DNA of 64,000 nucleotides from Vulcanimicrobiota bacterium (GTDB lineage Bacteria > Vulcanimicrobiota > Vulcanimicrobiia > Vulcanimicrobiales > Vulcanimicrobiaceae). The stretch spans positions 2,816,001-2,880,000 of the forward strand of contig CAVTCS010000003.1 of NCBI GenBank assembly GCA_963733295.1, given 5' to 3'. Made by a program: the position numbers and the translations under genes. The notes beneath the pieces were generated by a model, which worked only from the letters and a program-made list of their open reading frames with translations, did not search any database and was not told the origin of the DNA. Positions 23,476 through 31,936 of this stretch are shown here, piece after piece. Within the stretch, counting starts at the first letter, position 1, and each line of letters starts with the position of its first letter.

Positions 23476-24234
23476 ACGACGCGAATTATCGCGATCGTGA
23501 ACCAAAAAGGCGGCGTCGGAAAAAGCACGACGGCCGTCAACTTGGGCGCGTCGCTGGCCCTGCTCGGCCGGCGCGTCCTGCTGGTCGATATCGATCCTCA
23601 AGGCAACACGACAAGCGGTCTGGGCATCGAGAAGCGCTCGATCCGGCATGACGTCTACGCGATTTTGCTGGCCGACGTGCCCATGCGCGAGGCCATCTTG
23701 AAGACGGCGATCCCCGACCTTCAGCTCGTCCCCTCGACGATCAACCTGGCGGGTGCCGAAATTGAGCTCGTCGCCGTGCTCTCGCGGGAAACCCGCCTCA
23801 AAGTGGCCCTGCGCCCGGTCGCTTCCGAGTACGAGTACGTGCTCATCGATTGTCCGCCTTCGCTCGGTCTCTTGACGCTCAACGCCCTGACCGCGGCGGA
23901 CGAGGTTCTCATCCCGGTGCAAGCCGAGTACTATGCCCTCGAAGGGCTCTCCCAACTGACGACCGTCGTGGCCCGGATCCGGGAGGCGCTCAATCCGGGT
24001 CTGCGGATCAGCGGCGTCCTGGTAACGATGTTCGACGGCCGCACCAAACTCGCCACCGAAGTATTGGACGAAGTGAACGCATATTTTCCGGAGCAGGTTT
24101 TCCGGACCCAGATCCCCCGCAACGTCCGGCTTTCCGAGGCTCCATCCTACGGCAAGCCGGTTGCGCTCTTCGACGTGAAGAGCCGGGGAGCGCAAGCGTA
24201 CCTTGCGCTCGCGCGGGAAGTCTTGGGCGCGTGA
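23476..24234 (+). CDS. parA: Chromosome partitioning ATPase ParA/Soj (true start unresolved)
   Basis: TRIIAIVNQKGGVGKSTT, DIDPQGN, IDCPPSLG. First canonical start (GTG 23497) lies inside the conserved first strand; coordinate given is the start of homology. Confidence 0.93.
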   Translation, partial: TTRIIAIVNQKGGVGKSTTAVNLGASLALLGRRVLLVDIDPQGNTTSGLGIEKRSIRHDVYAILLADVPMREAILKTAIPDLQLVPSTINLAGAEIELVAVLSRETRLKVALRPVASEYEYVLIDCPPSLGLLTLNALTAADEVLIPVQAEYYALEGLSQLTTVVARIREALNPGLRISGVLVTMFDGRTKLATEVLDEVNAYFPEQVFRTQIPRNVRLSEAPSYGKPVALFDVKSRGAQAYLALAREVLGA

Positions 24235-25097
24235 GCGTCAAGCGCGGACTCGGTCGAGGGCTCGGCGCGCTGCTTGGCGAGGAACAGCGCCCGGCGGCGG
24301 GGAGCGGGCTGACCCAAATTCCGGTCGGCGCGATCTTGCCGAATTCTCAGCAGCCGCGAACGCACTTCGACCCCCAAGGGCTGGCCGAGTTGGAACAATC
24401 GATCCGCGAGCTCGGCGTGCTCGTTCCGATCATCGTGCGGCCGGTTTCCGGCGACGGACCGGCGCGTTTCGAACTGATTGCCGGCGAGCGCCGCTGGCGG
24501 GCGGCGGCAGCGGCCCGCCTGGAGACGATTCCGGCGATCGTGCGCTCGGCCGACGACCGCTCCAGCCTTGAGTTGGCGGTCGTCGAAAACATGCAGCGCG
24601 AAGATCTCGGCCCGCTCGAGGAAGCGATGGGCTTCGCGCATCTCTTGGACGAGTACGCCTACACCCAGGAGAGTCTCGCCGAGCGGATCGGCAAGAGCCG
24701 GTCGGTGATTGCGAACAGCCTGCGGCTGCTCGGCCTGTCCGACTCGATCAAAGCGCGCCTGCGCAGCGGCGCCTTGAGCGCCGGTCACGCCCGGGCTCTG
24801 CTGGGCGTCGACGCGCGCGAGCGCGAGTCCCTGGCAGCCCGCATCGAACGCGACGGGCTGACGGTCCGCGACATCGAGCGCTTCGGCGCGCGCCGCAAAG
24901 CGCGCCGTTCCGCTGCGCCTGCCCCGCCGCGCAAGAATCCCGACCTCGAAGCGGTGGAGACGCGCTTGCGCTACCGCTTGGGCGCGCACGTCGCGATCGT
25001 GCCCGGCCCGGGCGGCGGCGGCCGCATCGAAATTCGTTACTCCGACAAGACCGAATTGACTCGTTTGATCGAAGCCATCGTTCCGGAGGGCGCATGA
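24231..25097 (+). CDS. parB: Chromosome partitioning protein ParB/Spo0J
   Basis: RGLGRGLGAL, QPR, IAGERRWRAA, ENMQREDL, HTH. Confidence 0.96.
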   Translation: MSVKRGLGRGLGALLGEEQRPAAGSGLTQIPVGAILPNSQQPRTHFDPQGLAELEQSIRELGVLVPIIVRPVSGDGPARFELIAGERRWRAAAAARLETIPAIVRSADDRSSLELAVVENMQREDLGPLEEAMGFAHLLDEYAYTQESLAERIGKSRSVIANSLRLLGLSDSIKARLRSGALSAGHARALLGVDARERESLAARIERDGLTVRDIERFGARRKARRSAAPAPPRKNPDLEAVETRLRYRLGAHVAIVPGPGGGGRIEIRYSDKTELTRLIEAIVPEGA

Positions 25098-25948
25098 CCC
25101 CAGGCCTCGTTCGCTCCGTCCTGCTCGGTTGCGGCCTCGCGCTGGGCGCCGTCGCCGCGTCGGCCGCAGCCGGCTCCGGCGCGACGAGCTCGCCGCAGCC
25201 GGCCCTGACCCATCTAAGTCAGGCGCAGCGCAGCGTCTTCGACACCTACCTCGGAGCGCTCGGCCGGGGCGACTACGTCGCGGCTTTCGCCCTGCTGACG
25301 CGGGATGAACAGCGTTACTTCGGGAGTTCTGCGAACTACGCGTCCGGGTTCGTCGCTGACGGGTTGAAGATCTTATCCTACAAAGCCATCGGACTGACGC
25401 CGTTCTCCGGCGGGGTTGTGGTGAGCGTCAGCGAGGATTTCCAGTTCAACGATCCCGGCCACGGCATTCCGGTGAAGGCCAAGGGCAGGGTCGACTACGG
25501 CCTCATCAACGAGGACGGCAAGGTTCGGGTCAAAGACCCTTCCCATCCCTGGCTCGCCGTCGTCCCGAAGAACGCGAGCGTGACGCAAGACGGGCTGCGG
25601 GTGACGGTCAACAAGGTTTCGTTCTTCACCGGGCGCGTCGAGGTGTTGCTGACTTTTTCCAACATCGCCGACACGACCGTGACGTTGCTTCCTTACGGCC
25701 GCTCGGTTTTGCAAGACGCGGCCGGCACGACGTATCATCCGATCGAGACGGCGCTGCCGGGGCTCACCGACCGCAATCTCAGGCTGGGACTGCGTTTGCC
25801 GAGCGACGCCCAGTATACGGGTGCGCTGACCTTCCTGACCCCGAACCGTTTCACGCCCAAGAGCTTGAATTTGACGATCGCGCCGCAATTGCGCGACGGC
25901 GCCGACGCGCCGTTCGAGGTGGACCTGCCCATCGCTCTTCGTTCCTAG
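25094..25948 (+). CDS. Hypothetical exported protein
   Basis: Signal peptide, gene-like composition, ATGA overlap with parB stop. Confidence 0.75.
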   Translation: MTPGLVRSVLLGCGLALGAVAASAAAGSGATSSPQPALTHLSQAQRSVFDTYLGALGRGDYVAAFALLTRDEQRYFGSSANYASGFVADGLKILSYKAIGLTPFSGGVVVSVSEDFQFNDPGHGIPVKAKGRVDYGLINEDGKVRVKDPSHPWLAVVPKNASVTQDGLRVTVNKVSFFTGRVEVLLTFSNIADTTVTLLPYGRSVLQDAAGTTYHPIETALPGLTDRNLRLGLRLPSDAQYTGALTFLTPNRFTPKSLNLTIAPQLRDGADAPFEVDLPIALRS

Positions 25949-26160
25949 TTCGCACTACGGAGTACGTTCTCAAGCGGCTCAGGAGAACGCGCTCGGGGTG
26001 CAGGTTCCGAGGGCCTTTTCGAGGGCCGGTTTTGCGCCCCCCGAGGGCTCGCTTTCCTAAGAGGAGACGGTGAACACCGGGGCTAAATCGCGAGCGGTAT
26101 CGGTGGTGGAACTTTTCAGAAGGCCGCCGACTATTTTCTCGTGTTCACGGGAGTTCTCGT

Positions 26161-26823
26161 ATGCGTCGTCTTTCGCTCACGCTGATCGCTTCTTGCGGCA
26201 TCGCGTTGTTGTCCGCATGCAACGGCGGCGGATACGCGTTTACCGGCACCAACGGCAACAACAGCATCAGCGCGGTCGCTTTTCAGAACGGCTCGGGCCA
26301 AGCCAACGATTTCTTCGTCGCGCCGCTCGGTTCGACGCCGTTGCAAATCAACGCCGTCGCCTACAAGGGTACCGGCCAGCTCTCGCTGGTCGTTCCCGAC
26401 ATCAAGTTCAAGTGGGAGGTCGGTTTCGCACCGCCCGGCTCGACATACCCCAAGGGCCAGAACGGCGTCCAAACGGCGTGCGGAGAGCCGGCATCGGGCA
26501 CCGTGCCGCTGTACTATTCGCTCCTGTTCCAAAACAACGGCACGGGACCGGTGCCGACCCCGATCGCGTCGCCGCTTCCGGTAACGCCGGTCGCACCGGC
26601 GTCCGGGGAAACCTCGCCGCAATTCATCGGTTACGCGCTTGCCGCGCCGGGCTATGCGGCTTCGACGATTTACGTCGCGCCGGCGCTCGATCCGACCAAG
26701 ATCCCCGCGGTTGTCCCGATCGGCTTTGCGGAGGGCTCGACCAACTACTGCCTCCAGGTCGACGCGATTTACAATGGCAGCACGGCCGGCTCGGTGATCG
26801 TCGTCGTCAGCAACTCGCCCTAA
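26161..26823 (+). CDS. Hypothetical lipoprotein
   Basis: Lipobox LSAC; GGGAG SD; Pro/Thr/Gly-rich. Confidence 0.78.
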   Translation: MRRLSLTLIASCGIALLSACNGGGYAFTGTNGNNSISAVAFQNGSGQANDFFVAPLGSTPLQINAVAYKGTGQLSLVVPDIKFKWEVGFAPPGSTYPKGQNGVQTACGEPASGTVPLYYSLLFQNNGTGPVPTPIASPLPVTPVAPASGETSPQFIGYALAAPGYAASTIYVAPALDPTKIPAVVPIGFAEGSTNYCLQVDAIYNGSTAGSVIVVVSNSP

Positions 26824-26860
26824 AGCAGTCGCTCGAGTTCGGCCTTCGAGGAGCGTCGCG

Positions 26861-27502
26861 CTGAGCGGCGCTCCTCGTTCGCTTTTTCCGCCGCTCGCGG
26901 GCATCTACGCGATCGTCGATGCCTCGCTCTCGGCCGATCCCGAAGGGCTGCTCGAACGTTTGCTTGAGGGCGGAATCAAATTGGTTCAGTACCGTAGTAA
27001 ATCGGGTGTCGAACGATCGCGCGTGCGCGCGATGCACGCGCGTACTCGACGCAGCGGCGCGCTCTTGATCGTCAACGACGACGTCGAAGCGGCGCTCGAG
27101 GCCGACGGCTTGCACGCCGGACAAGAAGATCTTGCCGGCCTCGACGTCGCAGCGCTGCGCCTGCGACTCGGCGCGCGAATTCTGGGGATCTCGTGCGGTA
27201 CGCCGGACGAAGCGCGCGCCGCTGCGCGAAGCGGCGCGAACTACCTCGGCGTGGGTCCCTTTGCGCCGACCGCCACCAAGCTCGATGCGGGACCTGCGCT
27301 GGGCGAGAGCGGCGTACGCGAGATCGTCGGAGCCGCCTCGCTGCCGGTCGCGGCGATCGGCGGCATCGGGTTCGAGAACCTCGCCGCCGTGGCGCGAACC
27401 GGAGCGGCAATGGCCGCGGTCGTCTCCGCGCTGGCCTTCGCCGCCGATCCGGCGGCGGCGGCTCGCGAACTTACGGCACGCTGGAAGGGTCTCGCGACGT
27501 GA
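26861..27502 (+). CDS. thiE: Thiamine-phosphate synthase (probable CTG start)
   Basis: GIYAIVD, VQYRSK, LIVNDD, GLHAGQED, PTATK, AIGGI; GAGGAG 7 nt before CTG 26861. Confidence 0.9.
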   Translation: MSGAPRSLFPPLAGIYAIVDASLSADPEGLLERLLEGGIKLVQYRSKSGVERSRVRAMHARTRRSGALLIVNDDVEAALEADGLHAGQEDLAGLDVAALRLRLGARILGISCGTPDEARAAARSGANYLGVGPFAPTATKLDAGPALGESGVREIVGAASLPVAAIGGIGFENLAAVARTGAAMAAVVSALAFAADPAAAARELTARWKGLAT

Positions 27503-28257
27503 GACCTGTCGTGTGCTCGATCGGGACGACCGAAACGTGGAACGCCGCCGGTCTCGGACTCGATCTGTTGGCGTTGTGGGAGTGCGGCGTCCGTCCGGTG
27601 AGCGTCGTGGCCGGCGTCTCGGCTCAGGACGACGCGGGTATCCAAGCGCTCTTCCCGCTGCCGCCCGAGGCGATCGCCTCCCAATTTGCCGCGCTGGCCA
27701 AAGCCCCGATTGCGGCCTACCGGATCGGCGCGCTGCTCGACGCAGCGGGGGTCGCCGCGGTTGCCGCCGGTTTGTCGGGAGACGACCTTCCCGTCGTTTA
27801 CGACCCGGTGCTCGCGGCGAGTGCGGGCGGAGACTTCGCCGACGCGCCGGCGCGCTCGGCCATTCGCAGCGCGCTCCTGCCCCGGACGCGCATCCTGACG
27901 CCCAATCTTCAGGAAGCGGCACTGCTGCTCGGCCGCCCGGTCAGCCCGAGCCCGGCCGGTCTGGCGGAGGCCGCTCGGGCGCTGCGCGCACTAGGAGCCG
28001 GGGCGGTGCTGATTACCGGCGGCGACCTGCCCGGTTCCCCGCTCGACGTCTTGGCCGACGCCGAGGGCGTCGTCGAATTCGAGGAAGCGCGAATCCCGGT
28101 CGACATGCGCGGCACCGGCTGTTTGCTGGCGGCGGCGCTGGCCGCCGCGCTTGCGCGCGGCAGCGAGTTGCGCGGCGCCGTGCGCGAAGCGCGCGCGTTC
28201 GTGCGCAGCAAACTCAGCGCGGCGGTGCGCTTAGGACCGTTCCGCCTTGCGTACTAG
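27499..28257 (+). CDS. thiD: HMP/HMP-P kinase (ThiD family, divergent)
   Basis: YDPVL, LTPNLQEA, ITGG, RGTGC; GTGA overlap with thiE. Confidence 0.82.
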   Translation: MRPVVCSIGTTETWNAAGLGLDLLALWECGVRPVSVVAGVSAQDDAGIQALFPLPPEAIASQFAALAKAPIAAYRIGALLDAAGVAAVAAGLSGDDLPVVYDPVLAASAGGDFADAPARSAIRSALLPRTRILTPNLQEAALLLGRPVSPSPAGLAEAARALRALGAGAVLITGGDLPGSPLDVLADAEGVVEFEEARIPVDMRGTGCLLAAALAAALARGSELRGAVREARAFVRSKLSAAVRLGPFRLAY

Positions 28258-28296
28258 TGGGCCGTACCGAGGCCCCGCGAGCGGAGCCGGTCCGCG

Positions 28297-28605
28297 CTAG
28301 CGGTACGAGGAGCGCGACTTCGCGAAGCAGTCCCGACAGTACACTGGTTTGTCGCCGCGCGGTTGAAACGGTACCTCCGCCGCCTGCCCGCACGAGCTGC
28401 AGGTCACGGAGTACATTTCACGAGTACCGCCGGCCCCGCCGCGACCCATCTGCGCGCCCCGTGAGGACTTCCTTACGGCGCGGCAATCGGCGCAGCGGTT
28501 CGGTTTGTTCTGAAACCCTTTGCTCGCGAAGAACTCTTGTTCGCCGGCGGTAAAGGTGAATTCAGCGCCGCAATCGGTGCAGGTCAGGCGTTCGTCTGTA
28601 TACAA
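28297..28605 (-). CDS. Zinc-ribbon protein (zf-trcl plus CxxC-x17-CxxC domains)
   Basis: LTCTDCGAEFTFTAGEQEFF...PNRCADCR; CSSCG...PVYCRDC. Confidence 0.88.
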   Translation of the reverse strand: MYTDERLTCTDCGAEFTFTAGEQEFFASKGFQNKPNRCADCRAVRKSSRGAQMGRGGAGGTREMYSVTCSSCGQAAEVPFQPRGDKPVYCRDCFAKSRSSYR

Positions 28606-28722
28606 TGCGAGCCACCTCGTTGAGTACCACGGTTTCGACTCGCTCTCGTTACCGACCGCGACGTCAGCCGCGCGTGCTCGAAGCTTGACTAATGCGTGGA
28701 TACTAACATAGGGCTATCGGCG

Positions 28723-29712
28723 GTGCAACTGGAGCAAACGCGCGTGCGCGTGCGCGTTATGTCCGGCATGCGACCGACCGGACGTCTCCACCTCGGACAC
28801 CTGGCAGGGGTGCTCACGCAGTGGGCCGAGCTAAGCCGCAGCTCGCTGGCGTTTTTCGAAGTCGCCGACTTGCACGCGCTCACGACCGGTTACGAGCACA
28901 CCGAAGCGATCAAGGAGCACACGGTCGAAATGGTGCTCGATTGGCTCGCCGCCGGCGTCGATCCCCAGCGCGCCGTCATGTACGTCCAATCGCACGTTCC
29001 CGAGATCAGCGAACTGCATTTGCTGCTGTCGATGATCGTGCCCGTCGCGTGGTTGCAGCGCGTACCGACCTACAAGGAGCAAATCGCAGCGCTCGGGCCC
29101 GAGATCGCAACCTACGGGTTTCTCGGTTATCCGTTGATGCAGCTGTGCGACATCGCGGTCGTCCGGGCCAACACCGTTCCCGTCGGGCGCGATCAACTCT
29201 CGCACTTGGAGTTCGGTCGCGAGGTCGTCCGCCGCTTCAACCATTTGTACGCGCCGGCGCTGGTCGAGCCGCAACCCGTGTTGAGCGAATTCCCCGACAT
29301 TCCAGGCACCGACAATCGCAAGATGTCGAAATCGTACGACAACACGATCGACATCGCCGACAGCGAAGAAGAGACCACAAAAAAAGTCCGCTCGATGGTG
29401 ACCGATCCGCTCAAGATCCGGCGCAACGATCCGGGCCGCCCGGAAATCTGCCCGGTGTTCGCGCTGCACAAACTCGCGGATCCGGAGCGCGTCCCCTGGA
29501 TCGACGAAAACTGTCGTTCCGGCGCGCTCGGCTGCGTCGACTGCAAACGCGACCTCGCCGAAAATCTCAACGCGTACTTACGGCCCGTGCGCGAACGCCG
29601 CGCCGAGCTCGACGCGTCGCAGGTGACCGCTATCCTCGCCGACGGCGCCGAGCGAGCGCGCGCGGTCGCGTCCGAAACGCTGCGCGACGTCAAAGATGCG
29701 ATGCACCTGTAG
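28723..29712 (+). CDS. trpS: Tryptophanyl-tRNA synthetase (start approximate)
   Basis: SGMRPTGRLHLGH, YPLMQ, VPVGRDQ, KMSKS. Confidence 0.95.
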   Translation: MQLEQTRVRVRVMSGMRPTGRLHLGHLAGVLTQWAELSRSSLAFFEVADLHALTTGYEHTEAIKEHTVEMVLDWLAAGVDPQRAVMYVQSHVPEISELHLLLSMIVPVAWLQRVPTYKEQIAALGPEIATYGFLGYPLMQLCDIAVVRANTVPVGRDQLSHLEFGREVVRRFNHLYAPALVEPQPVLSEFPDIPGTDNRKMSKSYDNTIDIADSEEETTKKVRSMVTDPLKIRRNDPGRPEICPVFALHKLADPERVPWIDENCRSGALGCVDCKRDLAENLNAYLRPVRERRAELDASQVTAILADGAERARAVASETLRDVKDAMHL

Positions 29713-29739
29713 CCGGAGCCGGGAAAGCGCGTCGCTAGC

Positions 29740-30228
29740 TCAGTAGACGACCCCCTGCGGCGTCCGGCCGAGCGCGCAATGCCGGCTCGAAGTTGAGTGC
29801 CAACTTCCGCCGCTGTAAACTTGGCGCCACTCCGCCAGCTCGCCGCTCCCGGTTCGAATGACTTCGTTTCTCAGGGTGTAGGAATTGTGGTTTCCTCGAC
29901 CGTCTTCCGTAGCGCCGCCTTCGAAGACCGAGTCGCCGGAGTTTCCCGATATGCGCGTAAGAGTCCAGGCTCGTTTGTAGTTCGCGTCGCTCATGTGTCC
30001 GTCGAGCGTGACTTTGCCGGCTGCTCCGACGCGAATCGTCTCCGCACCCGAGCTGTAGGCGCCCCAGTCCCACGTAAGAGTTACGGCGGCGGCACCGCTG
30101 GACTTCCCTTTCATGTTCGCCCACTTCGCGGCGTCGATCTGACAGGTCCAAGTCCCAACGAGCCAATCGTACGGCGCGCCGGCCGCTGCGGCGCTCGAGC
30201 GCGACACGAACGCAACCGTCAAGAGCAT
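29740..30228 (-). CDS. Hypothetical exported protein
   Basis: Hydrophobic N-terminus, WLVGTWTC motif. Confidence 0.6.
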   Translation of the reverse strand: MLLTVAFVSRSSAAAAGAPYDWLVGTWTCQIDAAKWANMKGKSSGAAAVTLTWDWGAYSSGAETIRVGAAGKVTLDGHMSDANYKRAWTLTRISGNSGDSVFEGGATEDGRGNHNSYTLRNEVIRTGSGELAEWRQVYSGGSWHSTSSRHCALGRTPQGVVY

Positions 30229-30253
30229 CGCCGCGAGCGCGGTCGAAGAGCGT

Positions 30254-30709
30254 TTAGGGACGAGCGATAGCCTTGGAATAGTGGTAGTTGTCGTCGTCGC
30301 GGGACCAGCCGGCGCCGGAGTAGACGCGCTGCGCGGTGCGGTTGTTTTGGTGCGTCGAGAGTTCGAGGAGGCCGGCGTTCGTTTCGCGGGCGAGTTCTTC
30401 GGCGCGCGCGATGAGCGCGGCGGCGACGCCGCTGCGGCGCGCTTCCGGTACGACGTAGAGATCGTTCAGCAGCCAGGAGCGGCATAGGCGCAGCGATGAG
30501 AACAGCGGATAGAGCTGAGTGAAACCGACCGGCGGCCCTTTGGGCTCGACTCGCGCGCAGAAGACGACCGATTCGTTCTTCGCGAGCCGTTCGCGCAGGA
30601 ACGCCGTCGCGGCTTCGGCGTCGGGTTTGCAGCGATAGAAGGCCCGGTACGCCTCGAAGAGCGGGACGAGTACGGGGACGTCGTCGGGCGTCGCACGCGT
30701 CACGTGCAC
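30254..30709 (-). CDS. GNAT acetyltransferase
   Basis: GFTQLYP, LNDLYV...RRSGVA, NRTAQRVY. Confidence 0.88.
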   Translation of the reverse strand: MHVTRATPDDVPVLVPLFEAYRAFYRCKPDAEAATAFLRERLAKNESVVFCARVEPKGPPVGFTQLYPLFSSLRLCRSWLLNDLYVVPEARRSGVAAALIARAEELARETNAGLLELSTHQNNRTAQRVYSGAGWSRDDDNYHYSKAIARP

Positions 30710-30729
30710 TGCCGGGGCGCTGCGCGTAG

Positions 30730-31920
30730 CTACGCGACGAACCGGGGAAGCGTCGTGCGGATGCGTTCGAGACCGCGCTCGATCTTGTCGAGCGAAGCCG
30801 CATACGAGAAGCGCATGAAGCCGGCTCCCGCGGCGCCGAAGCACGAGCCGCCGAGCGCGGCGACGCCGCCTTCCTCGAGAAGGAAGGACGCGAGCTTCTT
30901 GTCGTCGCGCGCGATCTCGCTGACGTTCGGGAAGACGTAGAAGGCGCCATCCGGAGTGTTGCAGGTGATGCCGGGAATCGCGTTCAGGCCGGCCACGATC
31001 GCATCCCGCCGGCGGCGAAACTCGGCGACCATCTCGACGACGAAGTCGTCGGGACCCTCGAGCGCCGCGATGCCCGCGAATTGCACGAAGGTCGTCGTGC
31101 ACGAATACGTATTTTGCGCCAACAGCGCGACGACGCGCGCGATATGCGCGGGCATGAGCGCGTAGCCCAGGCGCCAACCGGTCATCGCGTACGCTTTGGA
31201 AAAACCGTCGAGCACCACGGTGCGCTCGCGCATTCCCGGAAGCGCGGCGATCGAGTGGAAGGTGCCGCCGTACAGATTGCGGCTGTAGATCTCGTCGGAA
31301 ACGACGGTGACGTCGTGCCGGATGGCCAGCTCCGCGATCGTCTCGAGATCGGGCAGGTTCAGGATGCCGCCGGTCGGGTTGTGCGGCGAGTTGAGAATCA
31401 AGACTTTGGTGCGGCTCGACATGCGGGCCGCCAGCTCGTCGAGATCGAGTGCGAAGTTGTTGCGCTCGAGCAGCTTGATCGGGACGGCTTTCGCCCGCAG
31501 ATACGATGCAGCGGATTCGTACGCGGGGTAGGCGGGATCGGCGTAAACGACCTCGTCGCCGGGATCCAGCAGCGCGCCCAAGATGTTCCAGATCATCGTT
31601 TTGAGGCCGGGACTCACCACGACTTCGTCGCGTGAGAAGGGCGCCATGCCGCGGAACTTTGCGGCGTAGGCGGCGATCGCGTCGCGCAGCGGCGCTATTC
31701 CGGCCGAGGGCGTGTAGTGCGTCTTGTTCGCTTCGATCGCGTCGATCGCGGCACGTTTGATGTGCTCCGGCGTGTCGAAATCGGGTTCGCCGACCTGCAG
31801 CTGGATGATGTCGCGGCCTTGCGCCTCGAGTTCGCGAGCGCGCGCCAAAACGTCGAATGCAGCTTCGGTGCCGAGGCGCGCCATGGCCGCGGAGGGTCGA
31901 ATCGGTTGTTGGGCGATCAT
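30730..31920 (-). CDS. PLP-dependent class I/II aminotransferase
   Basis: GEPDF, NSPHNPTG, SDEIY, GFSKAYAMTGWRLG. Confidence 0.92.
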   Translation of the reverse strand: MIAQQPIRPSAAMARLGTEAAFDVLARARELEAQGRDIIQLQVGEPDFDTPEHIKRAAIDAIEANKTHYTPSAGIAPLRDAIAAYAAKFRGMAPFSRDEVVVSPGLKTMIWNILGALLDPGDEVVYADPAYPAYESAASYLRAKAVPIKLLERNNFALDLDELAARMSSRTKVLILNSPHNPTGGILNLPDLETIAELAIRHDVTVVSDEIYSRNLYGGTFHSIAALPGMRERTVVLDGFSKAYAMTGWRLGYALMPAHIARVVALLAQNTYSCTTTFVQFAGIAALEGPDDFVVEMVAEFRRRRDAIVAGLNAIPGITCNTPDGAFYVFPNVSEIARDDKKLASFLLEEGGVAALGGSCFGAAGAGFMRFSYAASLDKIERGLERIRTTLPRFVA

Positions 31921-31936
31921 CTTTCGACCTTCGCCG

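Noticed and set aside
25990..26050. TPP riboswitch upstream of thiED (CTCGGGGTGC start)
   Set aside because: Lacks the CUGAGA and CCUGA...GCG.AGG core motifs
26070..26864. 264-aa overlapping ORF with an upstream GAGGAG, ending on the thiE CTG
   Set aside because: Arg-rich shadow frame expected from high GC3; no homology evident
28606..28760. T-box leader for trpS
   Set aside because: Spacer too short and no T-box consensus
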